NCBI GenBank assembly: GCA_036918135.1
Contig: JBALDB010000005.1
Location: 64,001-128,000 of the forward strand
Length of the DNA: 64,000 nt
Source of the DNA: Nostoc sp.
Lineage (GTDB): Bacteria > Cyanobacteriota > Cyanobacteriia > Cyanobacteriales > Nostocaceae
Direction: 5' to 3'
This document shows, piece after piece, positions 1 to 9,780 of this stretch. How positions within the stretch are numbered: the first letter of the stretch is position 1; every line of letters starts with the position of its first letter. The notes beneath the pieces are model-generated. The model was given only the letters and a program-made list of their open reading frames with translations. It did not search any database and was not told the DNA's origin. A program made the position numbers and the translations under genes.

Positions 1-2
1 AA

Positions 3-2069
3 GCTATAAAAGCTTTTGAATCAGCTTTGGAAATATTTGATAAAAACTCTAACGAATATGGAAGAATTCAAAAGAATCTCGGCAATATTTATCTGGAAAA
101 GAGAAATGGGGATAAAAAGGAAAATTTAAAATGTGCAATTCAAGCTTTTAAATCTGCTTCACAAACTTACATGTACGATTATTTTCCTAATGAATTGGCA
201 ATAACTTTGGCTGGTCTCGGAAAAGCTTACCTAAGTGCAGAAGAGTACAGTAAAGCTTACGAAGCTTTTGCTGATTCAATTAATATCGAATACTTCCTGC
301 GATGGGAGATAATCCTTGGTACTGGTAATGAAGCAGATAAACAAAACTTGGCAGAACAATGGAGTTTTGATTATCACAGTATCCTGGAAGCTTGTTTAAA
401 TTTAGCGAAAAATCAGCCTGATTACTTTGCCCATGCTATAGAATACGCTGAACTTAGTAAATCTCGCAACCTAGTTGAACTTCTGAATAAAAAAAACTTA
501 TATCCTAAAGAAAATTTTTATAATTCAAACCAAGAATACCAACAGCATTGCAAAGAGCTTGATAATTTGCGAAAAGAAATATTAACTCAACAGAGGCAAA
601 AACAAACTAAAGAAAGATTGAAAAAATTTATCCAAGAATCAAATGAGCCGATAAAAGCAATCGACACAATTATAGAGCGCATCAACAAAAAAATGCAAAA
701 ATTGATGCACAAACAAAATAAGCTAATGCAGAAAATTAACAAAATAGATGCAAACTTTAAATTCACCCAAAAGCTTAATGAAAATGCAATCTCTTTTAGC
801 GAGATTAAAGCCCTTGTTGCTAAAAATACTGCAATCACCGAGTGGTATATTACCAATGATAAAATTATCGCTTTTCTCATTACCCACAATGAAGAGCCTG
901 AGATTCAACAGCAACCTCTTTTTTGGATATTTTCATCTGAAGACTTAGAGAATTTGCTCAAATGGTGTAAAGAATATTTCGACGCATACTACGCACCAAG
1001 GCGAAAACAATATAAAGAAGATAATCATAAAAAAGCAGAATTAAAAAAGCAGTGGGAAGATGGACTAACTACTCGCTTTCAAGAACTAGCAGAGATTCTG
1101 CACATAAACGACATCCTTTCTCATATTCCTAAAACCTGCGATCGCTTGATACTAGTTCCCCATCGCATTTTGCACTTGTTGCCTCTTCATGCTCTACCTT
1201 TATCTAAAGAAGAAAATCAATGCCTGTTAGACAAATTTAAAGGAGGCGTAGGTTATGCTCCTAGTTGCCAATTGCTACAAATAAGCCAAGGACTACAACG
1301 TACTGAATTTAGTGAACTGTTCGCTGTACAGAATCCCAAAAATGCCAAGTTAAAGCCTCTGGATTATGCCGAGTTAGAAGTTAACGCTATCTGTAAATTC
1401 TTTTCCTCTTCTGAAGTATTGAAACAGGAAAATGCTCGCGAAGATGCCCTCAAGGTAAGTGAGAAGTTGGCTTCATCTCATTGTTTGCACTTCGCCTGTC
1501 ATGGTACATTTGATCTGAAATCTCCTGTAGAATCAGCACTTTTATTAGCCGAATATAAGTCAGAACACAAATCTTCAGCGAAAGACCAACAATTAGAAGA
1601 AGATGGACGACTTATCCTACGGGAAATTTTTCAACTGACTCTCGATCAATGCCGTCTTGTCACTCTTTCTGCTTGCGAAACAGGTATGGTAGATCCTGAT
1701 AGCATCAGTGATGAATACATTGGTTTGCCTAGTGGCTTCATGTTTGCAGGCAGTCCCAACGTTGTCGCTAGTCTCTGGAGAGTGGATGACATTTCTACTG
1801 CCTTTTTGATGAGCAAGTTTTACGAAAACTTAACAGAGCATAGGCAGAAGCCTTCTCAACCAGAAGAGGGTGCGGTAGCAATTGCGCTCAACCAAGCTCA
1901 GTGCTGGTTGCGGGATGTAACAAATACGGAATTGAAGCAGAGGATGGAAAATTTGCCCCTCAGCAGTACTAATAAAGTAAATCTAAACAGGTTTTTTAAT
2001 CAATATGATAATGAAAAACCATTTTACAAACCCTATTACTGGGCTGCATTCTGCGCTATTGGTAAATAA
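3..2069 (+). CDS. TPR + CHAT (caspase-like peptidase) protein, 5'-partial
   Basis: Frame is open to the window start (AIKAFESALEIF...). TPR-like repeats, then CHAT catalytic motifs LHFACHG and LVTLSACETG, plus VVASLWRVDD and C-terminal PYYWAAF. Confidence 0.92.
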   Translation, partial: AIKAFESALEIFDKNSNEYGRIQKNLGNIYLEKRNGDKKENLKCAIQAFKSASQTYMYDYFPNELAITLAGLGKAYLSAEEYSKAYEAFADSINIEYFLRWEIILGTGNEADKQNLAEQWSFDYHSILEACLNLAKNQPDYFAHAIEYAELSKSRNLVELLNKKNLYPKENFYNSNQEYQQHCKELDNLRKEILTQQRQKQTKERLKKFIQESNEPIKAIDTIIERINKKMQKLMHKQNKLMQKINKIDANFKFTQKLNENAISFSEIKALVAKNTAITEWYITNDKIIAFLITHNEEPEIQQQPLFWIFSSEDLENLLKWCKEYFDAYYAPRRKQYKEDNHKKAELKKQWEDGLTTRFQELAEILHINDILSHIPKTCDRLILVPHRILHLLPLHALPLSKEENQCLLDKFKGGVGYAPSCQLLQISQGLQRTEFSELFAVQNPKNAKLKPLDYAELEVNAICKFFSSSEVLKQENAREDALKVSEKLASSHCLHFACHGTFDLKSPVESALLLAEYKSEHKSSAKDQQLEEDGRLILREIFQLTLDQCRLVTLSACETGMVDPDSISDEYIGLPSGFMFAGSPNVVASLWRVDDISTAFLMSKFYENLTEHRQKPSQPEEGAVAIALNQAQCWLRDVTNTELKQRMENLPLSSTNKVNLNRFFNQYDNEKPFYKPYYWAAFCAIGK

Positions 2070-2081
2070 AGGAGTAAGCAA

Positions 2082-2441
2082 ATGACTTCACCTACTCAAA
2101 CTATTAGAGATTTTATTGATTTTTCACAAAAGAAGCCTGAACTGTTTACAGATGAAATTTCCGCTTCCATAGCCAATATATTATCTAATCTCCCAGACGA
2201 TGTTGAGCAAATATCAGATGCAATATTTGAATGGTGTGAAAAATACCCCCAAATCTACAATGCTTTCATACAAATACCTTCCTCTATTCTAGGAAGCGAT
2301 GACCGCGCACCTGGAAATATTCCAACTGAACTTACGGCAAAGCAAATGAAACAGGAGTTAAATAATAGGTTTCCCCAAAGAAAACCACCCTCGCAAGACA
2401 AACCTCGTAACCAACCATCATCATTCCTACCTAATAAATGA
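2082..2441 (+). CDS. Small hypothetical protein coupled to the CHAT protease (possible CATASP-like substrate/adaptor)
   Basis: AAGGAG RBS right after the CHAT stop; ATGA overlap with the next gene; helical N-half, DDRAPG linker, Pro-rich tail. Confidence 0.75.
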   Translation: MTSPTQTIRDFIDFSQKKPELFTDEISASIANILSNLPDDVEQISDAIFEWCEKYPQIYNAFIQIPSSILGSDDRAPGNIPTELTAKQMKQELNNRFPQRKPPSQDKPRNQPSSFLPNK

Positions 2442-3892
2442 GCAAAACAGCCTTTACTCAGGCAACTCTTACCCTATACGCTTACCATCTGCGAACTGAC
2501 ATTAGTAAGGGAGCAGAGCAGCTCTCAGACGAAGCCGATCAAATTTGGGAGGGGTTGGTAAAACTAGGACATGCTCTCCAAATCCCTGCACTGCAACATC
2601 TTAAACAAGAATTAATCTGCTACACAGACGGTAAGTATGAGCCAACAGTAGAAAACCAACTTACATTTCAACGGGGAAGCCTGCTTCGAGCAGAAAATAA
2701 ATATCTTAAGTTGAATTTTACTGCATCCATAAAAGGCGAAAATGTAGAACTCAATGGCAAACTCGGCGCTTTTCGGCTTGACGACACTTACGCTATAGAC
2801 CTCACCTTGTCATGTGATTCTATAGATGAGCTAAAGCAGCTTAATCCAAAAGAACTTTTGCCGCCTCAATATATCCAAGCATCTATAGGCAAAACTTTAT
2901 TTCTATATGGCAAACTTGCAGCACCATGTGAAGATGATGACAGCTTAGAGAAATTAGCAGATGATTATGTTGCTCAACTTATGGTTGATGGGATTCCACT
3001 TGAATTTAATAGTAAAGGAAAGCTACTAAGTAACTTAATTTTTGAATATGAGACTCTGGAAATAGAGCCATCCAAACGATGCCACCTTTTGATTTGGTTT
3101 ATAAATGAATACACTTCAACAGAGAAGCAATTAAAGCTGGTAGGTTCGCATATACTGCCTTTACTTTGCGCCCGCCACAAAATATTATCTGCCTATAACG
3201 ACTATCAACCGTATAATCACCAAGCCAAAAATCTCTACAGCCAACTGGAACAACACGTTAAGAACTTCGAGAATATTGCAACAAATCAATCAGACCAACT
3301 TGAAGATCGACTTGAAAAGTTAAAAAAATTATTAGCAAGAGTGGCGACAAAAGTAGTTGAAAATTCTAAACACCTATGGTATATGAAAGATTATGAGACT
3401 ACGATTGCGACGAATATTAAGAACTACGAATTTAACTATAAAAAACTAAGAGAGTTGCCAGATAATAATTTATCATTTGTAGAAGAATTTATAGAATTAA
3501 CCCACAATAAGTATGAAGCTCAGTTAAAAATTGATCGCCAGTATCTAGAACCTGAAGCTAAGTTACTTCAACAATTAATTGATACAATTCGAGGTATGGT
3601 TGCAATTGATCAGGTAGAGAGCGATCGCCTGCATGAAGATAATGCTAAAAAACGAGAAAAAAAATTAGAATTAGTGATTACTGGAGTGGGTACTGGTTTA
3701 GCTTTTAGTAGTGTTTCTGCGGCAGTTATGCCTCACCCTAGCCAAACTTTACCACCAGACCTTAAATCTAGGATTGGTGGTTCCAGTTTCCTAATAGATA
3801 TTGGTTTTCATCTGCTATGCGGGTTGATTGTTGGAATGTTTATGGCTCTGATATTTTCGACAATCAGAAGTTCATATCGAAGTAAATCTTAA
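2438..3892 (+). CDS. Hypothetical protein with long coiled coil and two C-terminal TM helices (CATRA-like effector candidate)
   Basis: 484-aa ORF; helical stalk followed by hydrophobic segments LVITGVGTGLAFSSVSAAVM and FLIDIGFHLLCGLIVGMFMALIFSTI. Confidence 0.75.
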   Translation: MSKTAFTQATLTLYAYHLRTDISKGAEQLSDEADQIWEGLVKLGHALQIPALQHLKQELICYTDGKYEPTVENQLTFQRGSLLRAENKYLKLNFTASIKGENVELNGKLGAFRLDDTYAIDLTLSCDSIDELKQLNPKELLPPQYIQASIGKTLFLYGKLAAPCEDDDSLEKLADDYVAQLMVDGIPLEFNSKGKLLSNLIFEYETLEIEPSKRCHLLIWFINEYTSTEKQLKLVGSHILPLLCARHKILSAYNDYQPYNHQAKNLYSQLEQHVKNFENIATNQSDQLEDRLEKLKKLLARVATKVVENSKHLWYMKDYETTIATNIKNYEFNYKKLRELPDNNLSFVEEFIELTHNKYEAQLKIDRQYLEPEAKLLQQLIDTIRGMVAIDQVESDRLHEDNAKKREKKLELVITGVGTGLAFSSVSAAVMPHPSQTLPPDLKSRIGGSSFLIDIGFHLLCGLIVGMFMALIFSTIRSSYRSKS

Positions 3893-3940
3893 ATTTTTTC
3901 GAGCAAGATTTTGTAGTTTAAGTGAGATAAATAGCGAAAT

Positions 3941-4951
3941 ATGTTGAAACACACAAAATGTCTTTTTGGGGCTACTCTTTTCTATTTTACCACAGTGACT
4001 GTAGTTTATGGAAACACTCCTAGAGAATTATGCCAAAATGGTACGAACGTTTTTTCTCAGCTCTGTAAGGAAGTCAGAGTAGACGAAAATTCTGAAGTAT
4101 TGCCACCAGAATCTCAAATTAGAAATTTCCGAATAAATATTGTACAAAATCCGATTCCTTCGCTTATTCCCAAGCTTCGCCAGCTAAGAAAGACTCTACC
4201 TAGACAAGTTGAGGGTTCTTTGCCAATAGGGTCAGTTTTTGATTCTTTCAGAAATTTGTCTACTATTATGATGATCAAAAAATCTTCTGAGCAGCAACCA
4301 TTTCAGTTGGCTAGTTCCAAGATGCGAAATACTTACATAATGACAAAATGGGGGGAGAAAATCTTTGGTGATATTTGGAAGAATCTCAATCCTGTTGCTT
4401 CGAGAGCCACAAAGGTAGCTATGATTCCAGACGGTTATGGTACGATAGCCCAGTCCGAGCCAACACAACAAAGTATTAATGATGCTATTAGCCGTAGTCT
4501 CTACATGGATATTAGAACCAAATTGACATACTGGAAAACATTTTCAGATGCACTAGAAGCAATGAAAAAATTGGGTAATTATCCTGGATACAGTAGAATA
4601 CGCAATCAAGTTCGTTCTGATTTAGAAAATAATATTAAGGAATTATCTAACACTGAAGCATTAGTACAACAATTCAACGCAAGTATTCCTGACCTTAATA
4701 ACAAAAATTTGATTACAGAACACGAAAAACAATTTGCAGAATTTGCCATCCAGCAGATTAGACAGGCAAAAGAAATACCACGACTTAAAGAAACTGTAAG
4801 CTATACCATGAACCAAAGCTTAAACGATTCGGTTGAGGTAATAACCTCGGTGGTTAATCAGGAGTTAAAATTAACAAATTGTAATAATTCAGGTCTTAGA
4901 TCGAGTAACCAAAGACAGAATAGATCAATAACTGTCGGAAACAACCTTTGA
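3941..4951 (+). CDS. Hypothetical secreted protein
   Basis: 336-aa ORF with signal-peptide-like N-terminus (MLKHTKCLFGATLFYFTTVTVVYG); no family recognised. Confidence 0.65.
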   Translation: MLKHTKCLFGATLFYFTTVTVVYGNTPRELCQNGTNVFSQLCKEVRVDENSEVLPPESQIRNFRINIVQNPIPSLIPKLRQLRKTLPRQVEGSLPIGSVFDSFRNLSTIMMIKKSSEQQPFQLASSKMRNTYIMTKWGEKIFGDIWKNLNPVASRATKVAMIPDGYGTIAQSEPTQQSINDAISRSLYMDIRTKLTYWKTFSDALEAMKKLGNYPGYSRIRNQVRSDLENNIKELSNTEALVQQFNASIPDLNNKNLITEHEKQFAEFAIQQIRQAKEIPRLKETVSYTMNQSLNDSVEVITSVVNQELKLTNCNNSGLRSSNQRQNRSITVGNNL

Positions 4952-5146
4952 AGCAAGTTGAAGAAAATCAATACTGTATACTCTTACAAGTGCAGCAATC
5001 TGTCTTGACGTTTCACCAATTCTTGAAAACTAAGAACACAAACAGCAAACCTCTGTTTAACCCTTGATTACGCTTGAAGCCAAGAGCATTGTTTCCTGCA
5101 CTTAGTTTAAACCTGTAACACCCTAACTATTTATGCTTTCCTAGAG

Positions 5147-5558
5147 GCGATCGCACTTATAGTGATAGATTTAAAGCAGGCGATCGCCTCCCCAAATAAT
5201 CATACTTTTGTCAAGGCGATCGCTTTAAGATATTGTCCAATCTTCTATTTGTAAATTAGGCACTTTGGCAAAATCTTTAGTATTGCGTGTAACCAAAATG
5301 GCGTTTATAGAAAGAGCGATCGCACTTGTACTCATATAGTTAAAACAGGCGATCGCACTTCTGGTGATAAGTTTAATGTAGGCGATCGCAAGTTGGTATT
5401 TATTAAGTTAATCAGACAATCAGTTTAAAACGGTAATGTCTACGACGGGCGATGTCTAAGCAAGAGCGAAGATTCATATTTTTGTAAAGGCGATGTCTGG
5501 TGACAAGAAGCTTAGCTCTCTACGCACTTTTAGTCATAGGTTTAAAGCAGGCGATCGC
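5147..5558. repeat. HIP1-anchored 33-nt degenerate repeat array
   Basis: GCGATCGC at 5147, 5180, 5216, 5316, 5349, 5382, 5490 (interrupted) and 5551. Four intervals are 33 nt with a shared ACTT...TTAA..AG spacer. Confidence 0.8.
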
Positions 5559-5690
5559 TTAGGTAAGCACTTGCATCATTGCGTATATTGTTATTGAATA
5601 TAAGTGTCTTTAACCAGTTGGCAAACAGTGAAAGAGGATTGTTTTGGTTTACCAATCAATACCACACTACCCATAAGCAAAAATTGTTCA

Positions 5691-5742
5691 AAAAATCTTA
5701 GGCAGTGCGTTAACACAGTGTAACGCACTGCCTAAGATTTTT
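5691..5742. terminator. 22-bp perfect inverted repeat at the end of the USP gene
   Basis: AAAAATCTTAGGCAGTGCGTTA-N8-TAACGCACTGCCTAAGATTTTT abutting the USP stop codon. Confidence 0.7.
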
Positions 5743-6148
5743 ATGGCACTATCAAGACTGGGCAAGGGGAAAGATTAATCACGCGAGTGGTAACACTATC
5801 ACTGGCTTTGTCTTCAGTCAAGCCTAGCCCCCGACAGCCCATGATAATTAAATCTGCCCCGATTTCATCAGCGACATCGCAGATGGTAAAAGCTGGCTTA
5901 CCTTGCCTTTCCAGAACTTCGGATTGAATTCCTTGACCAGAAAATAAAGATTGAGCATTTTGGAGCAGTTTGGCAACTACCTCTGGCGACACCATTGGAT
6001 CTCCACTAGGTGCGTCTGGGGGTGGTTCTTCTACCACAGACAGCAGCACCAAGCGACTGCCATACTTTTGGACAATGTTGGTAACTACCTCAGCAGCTTC
6101 CCGGGCTTCCCGGCTTTGATCGATTGGAAATAGTACTGTCTTAAACAT
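5741..6148 (-). CDS. Universal stress protein
   Basis: MFKTVLFPID...ADLIIMGCRG...SVTTRVINLSPCPVLIV, typical USP signature. Confidence 0.93.
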   Translation of the reverse strand: MFKTVLFPIDQSREAREAAEVVTNIVQKYGSRLVLLSVVEEPPPDAPSGDPMVSPEVVAKLLQNAQSLFSGQGIQSEVLERQGKPAFTICDVADEIGADLIIMGCRGLGLTEDKASDSVTTRVINLSPCPVLIVP

Positions 6149-6237
6149 CTCTATCACCTAGACACCCCTGACTCCGGTAAAATCTGGATGGTTCTACTTT
6201 CAAAACAATAACAAAAAGGCAATCAGGAGAGTTTGCT

Positions 6238-7440
6238 GTGTCCAAAAAAAGTTTAGCAAGTTTATCTGCGGGTGATATATCTGGAAAACGCGCCTTGGTG
6301 CGGGTTGATTTTAACGTGCCTGTGGACGATGCAGGCAATATCACAGACGATACTCGCATTCGCGCCGCTCTGCCAACCATCCAAGATTTGACGCAGAAGG
6401 GAGCTAAGGTGATTCTCGTGAGCCATTTTGGGCGTCCCAAGGGTGTGGATGAGAAATTACGCCTGACACCTGTAGCTAAGCGTCTCTCTGAGTTATTGGG
6501 GCAAGAAGTTGTCAAGACTGATGACTCCATTGGCGATGAAGTTGCAGCTAAGGTGGCGGCGCTGGAAAATGGGCAAGTGCTGCTACTGGAAAATGTTCGC
6601 TTCTACAAAGAAGAAGAGAAAAACGACCCAGAATTTGCCCAAAAATTGGCAGCCAATGCTGATTTTTATGTAAATGATGCTTTTGGTACTGCACACCGCG
6701 CCCATGCTTCTACCGAAGGTGTGACTAAATTCTTGAGTCCTTCTGTAGCTGGATATTTGGTTGAGAAGGAATTGGAATATCTCCAAAACGCCATTGAAAA
6801 TCCCCAGCGTCCTTTGGCAGCAATTATCGGTGGTTCTAAAGTTTCCAGTAAAATAGGCGTGATTGAAACGCTACTGGAGAAGTGCGACAAGCTGATCGTT
6901 GGCGGTGGGATGATTTTTACCTTCTACAAAGCCCGTGGTTTGAATGTCGGTAAGTCGTTGGTAGAAGAAGACAAGCTAGAATTGGCGAAGTCTTTGGAAG
7001 CTAAGGCTAAGGAACGTGGTGTTACTTTCCTGTTACCTACAGATATTGTATCAGCAGATAAATTTGCTGCCGATGCGAATGCAACAACTGTCAGCATTGA
7101 CAATATTCCTGATGATGGTATGGGTTTGGATATTGGCCCAGACTCAGTAAAAGTTTTCCAAGAAGCCCTTGCAGATACCAAAACGGTAATTTGGAACGGG
7201 CCAATGGGTGTGTTTGAGTTTGATAAGTTTGCGGTAGGTACAGAAGCGATCGCTCGTACTCTGGCTGACATCGGCAAAGCTGGTACAACCACCATTATCG
7301 GCGGCGGCGACTCAGTGGCGGCTGTGGAAAAGGTCGGTTTAGCCGATCGAATGAGCCACATCTCCACCGGCGGCGGCGCTAGCTTGGAGTTACTCGAAGG
7401 TAAGGAATTGCCTGGAATTACAGCTTTAGATGATGCGTAA
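6238..7440 (+). CDS. pgk: Phosphoglycerate kinase
   Basis: [53 protein letters not shown] motifs. Confidence 0.99.
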   Translation: MSKKSLASLSAGDISGKRALVRVDFNVPVDDAGNITDDTRIRAALPTIQDLTQKGAKVILVSHFGRPKGVDEKLRLTPVAKRLSELLGQEVVKTDDSIGDEVAAKVAALENGQVLLLENVRFYKEEEKNDPEFAQKLAANADFYVNDAFGTAHRAHASTEGVTKFLSPSVAGYLVEKELEYLQNAIENPQRPLAAIIGGSKVSSKIGVIETLLEKCDKLIVGGGMIFTFYKARGLNVGKSLVEEDKLELAKSLEAKAKERGVTFLLPTDIVSADKFAADANATTVSIDNIPDDGMGLDIGPDSVKVFQEALADTKTVIWNGPMGVFEFDKFAVGTEAIARTLADIGKAGTTTIIGGGDSVAAVEKVGLADRMSHISTGGGASLELLEGKELPGITALDDA

Positions 7441-7554
7441 TTAGCAACTGGGGAATAGGGACTAGGGAGATGGAGAGAAGAGTTTTTCTCCTCTGCCCCC
7501 TTACCTCTTCCAATGTCCAATCCCCAGTACCTAATTAATACCCAATCCTCAAAT

Positions 7555-8172
7555 ATGGAACCAAAATGGCTGGAATGGGCGCAAAAGTTACAAGCGATCG
7601 CCCAAAATGGTCTCACTTATTCTGAAAACGTTTATGATATCGAACGCTATAAACAATTACGAGCGATCGCCACAGAAATGATGGCGACTTATTCAAACGT
7701 CGAACACAGCTATATACTTGATTTATTTAACCGTGAAGTAGGATATGCAACTCCCAAAGTTGATGTCCGAGCAGCAATTTTTCGTGACGATACTATTTTG
7801 TTAGTTAAAGAAAGATCCGATGGTTTTTGGACTTTACCTGGTGGATGGGCTGATGTTGGGGAGTCTCCCAGTGAAGTAGTCGTCAAAGAAGTATATGAAG
7901 AATCTGGATATCAGGCACGCGCTACTAAATTATTAGCAGTTTATGACAGAAACAAACAGGGACATCCACCGTTTCCGTTTTATATCTATAAGTTATTTTT
8001 TCACTGCGAACTTATTGGTGGTTCTCCATCATCAAGTATTGAAACTGAAGCAGTAGATTTTTTTGCTGAGGATGCCTTACCAGAACTTTCTATTGGACGC
8101 GTGATGCCAGCACAAATCAACCGACTTTTTCAACATTATCGCCAACCAGATTTACCCACAGACTTTGATTAG
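7555..8172 (+). CDS. Nudix hydrolase with N-terminal helical domain
   Basis: LQAIAQNGLTY, GYATPKVDVR and Nudix box LPGGWADVGESPSEVVVKEVYEESG. Confidence 0.93.
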   Translation: MEPKWLEWAQKLQAIAQNGLTYSENVYDIERYKQLRAIATEMMATYSNVEHSYILDLFNREVGYATPKVDVRAAIFRDDTILLVKERSDGFWTLPGGWADVGESPSEVVVKEVYEESGYQARATKLLAVYDRNKQGHPPFPFYIYKLFFHCELIGGSPSSSIETEAVDFFAEDALPELSIGRVMPAQINRLFQHYRQPDLPTDFD

Positions 8173-8255
8173 TAGCCCTTTCAATATTTAATATACTTTG
8201 CCAACTTTTTTAGGTAAGATACTACTACACAAATTTTCTATCTACACTGATTAAC

Positions 8256-8397
8256 TATAGCAGTCTTAAATCATTTGTGAAATATTTTTCAGTTGGTAGT
8301 CATTAGTCATTTGTCCTTTGTAATTACAAATGACTAAGGACAAATGACCAAGGACAACCATAACAAAAATTTTCACAACTCAAATAGGATTGCTATA
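8256..8397. mobile_element. MITE with TATAGCA...TGCTATA ends and internal STRR tract
   Basis: Imperfect terminal inverted repeats TATAGCAGTCTTAAATCATTTGTGAAA / TTTCACAACTCAAATAGGATTGCTATA. Confidence 0.7.
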
Positions 8398-8441
8398 TAT
8401 AGTTTGCTTCGATAGTTTACTCCCAAAATGAATGCAAAACA

Positions 8442-9320
8442 ATGATTCAAATTACTCAACAACAGCCAATCCAGCACCATCCAAGACTCGGAATTGAAGT
8501 CCTGCACGGTTGCAATCTTAACTGCCTCACAAATCTAGAGTTGCGTGAATTAAAAGAATCACTTTGGAAACATGGCGTTGTAGTCGTTAGACAGCAACAG
8601 CTTACCGCGCAACAATTAAAAGAATTTGCCAAGCAGACTTTTGGCGATTTTATGTTTGGCGGCCCTCCAAAAACATTAGATCCTGATATTAGTCCAGACT
8701 TACAAAGCCAATATGTTTATATATTGGGCAATCCTAAAGGATCGGTTCCCGATCCAGCTGGTAAATATGCGTGGCAATGGCATCATGATAAAGACGGTCT
8801 CCCCAGTACAGAGGGACTAGATATGAACGCACTATATGTTGTGATGCTTTATGGAATAGAAGTGCCGGAAGGTGTAGATGGGCAACCTCACACTACCGAG
8901 TTCCTCGATATGGTAGAAGCTTACAATAACCTAGATCCTCAACATCAGCAGCAATTAGAGCAGATGTCGATGTATCACTCGCCACCAATGTTTTCTAAAA
9001 AACCCAATGTAGAGACTGATGTACCGAGGAAATTGCATCCTATTGTGTCCACTCACAAAGTTACTGGTAAAAAGGGATTATATTTAGGTTCGGATACTGC
9101 GATCGCAGTTGGTATGGAAGATCGACCAGAAGAAGCAAAACGTTTCTGGGAAGATTTGTTTGCGACTGTTCTAGACTGCACGCCAGTCTACTCCCATGTT
9201 TGGCAGCCAGGAGATATTATTTTTTGGGACAACTCCCAGGTGATGCACAGAGGCAGACCCTACGATTCAACGAAGCACCAGCGAATTGCGTTGCGTTTAG
9301 GTGTAGTAGAGACAGGTTGA
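8442..9320 (+). CDS. TauD/TfdA-family Fe(II)/2-oxoglutarate dioxygenase
   Basis: WHHD metal motif, HPIVSTHKVTGKKGLY, HVWQPGDIIFWDN...HR. Confidence 0.9.
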   Translation: MIQITQQQPIQHHPRLGIEVLHGCNLNCLTNLELRELKESLWKHGVVVVRQQQLTAQQLKEFAKQTFGDFMFGGPPKTLDPDISPDLQSQYVYILGNPKGSVPDPAGKYAWQWHHDKDGLPSTEGLDMNALYVVMLYGIEVPEGVDGQPHTTEFLDMVEAYNNLDPQHQQQLEQMSMYHSPPMFSKKPNVETDVPRKLHPIVSTHKVTGKKGLYLGSDTAIAVGMEDRPEEAKRFWEDLFATVLDCTPVYSHVWQPGDIIFWDNSQVMHRGRPYDSTKHQRIALRLGVVETG

Positions 9321-9327
9321 AAGACAC

Positions 9328-9460
9328 TAAGTAGGTCGGTGTGAATATTTATTGTTGAGATGAGGTAGGAGGCAGGAGGCAGGAGGCAGGAGGCAGAAGG
9401 GAAAAGGGTTTAAGCCTATTTAATTTTTCTTAACATAGTTTTTTTACACCGTTCTACTTA
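9328..9460. mobile_element. MITE with TAAGTAG...CTACTTA ends
   Basis: TAAGTAGGTCGGTGT / ACACCGTTCTACTTA inverted ends; internal GGCAGGA heptamers. Confidence 0.65.
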
Positions 9461-9636
9461 TTACAATGTCTAAGCTAGTAATAACAAGTTTGTAGTAAGC
9501 ATTTTAGTGCTTAGAAAATTAACGATTAAAGTCCTGACTACGAACTTGTTTACTTATCAATTTAAACTTGACAGACTACTAAGCTGATGCGCGTCTAGAT
9601 TGTACATTTTTGCATTCAAATTTAATTTTTAATTTT

Positions 9637-9764
9637 TACAGCAGATTGCAAGTGAGTGAGGTACAAAATGCAGGACTGATTCATCAGATATAAAGAGTTT
9701 CTACCTCCTGCCCCCTGCCTCAAAACCCGTAACTTTGTACTTCATGCAAATGAAAACTGCTGTA
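9637..9764. mobile_element. MITE with TACAGCAG...CTGCTGTA ends
   Basis: 8-bp inverted ends; about 80 bp recurs near-identically in inverted orientation at 29028-29106. Confidence 0.75.
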
Positions 9765-9780
9765 ATTTTGCCTTGCGGTA

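Noticed and set aside
2082..3892. Gasdermin next to the CHAT protease
   Set aside because: Neither protein has the size or beta-rich pattern of a bacterial gasdermin; both look mainly helical.
5147..5558. CRISPR-like array
   Set aside because: The constant part is only the 8-nt HIP1 and the intervening sequences are homologous to each other.
6924..7616. 230-aa antisense ORF over pgk, and similar short shadow ORFs throughout
   Set aside because: Antisense shadows of well-supported genes.
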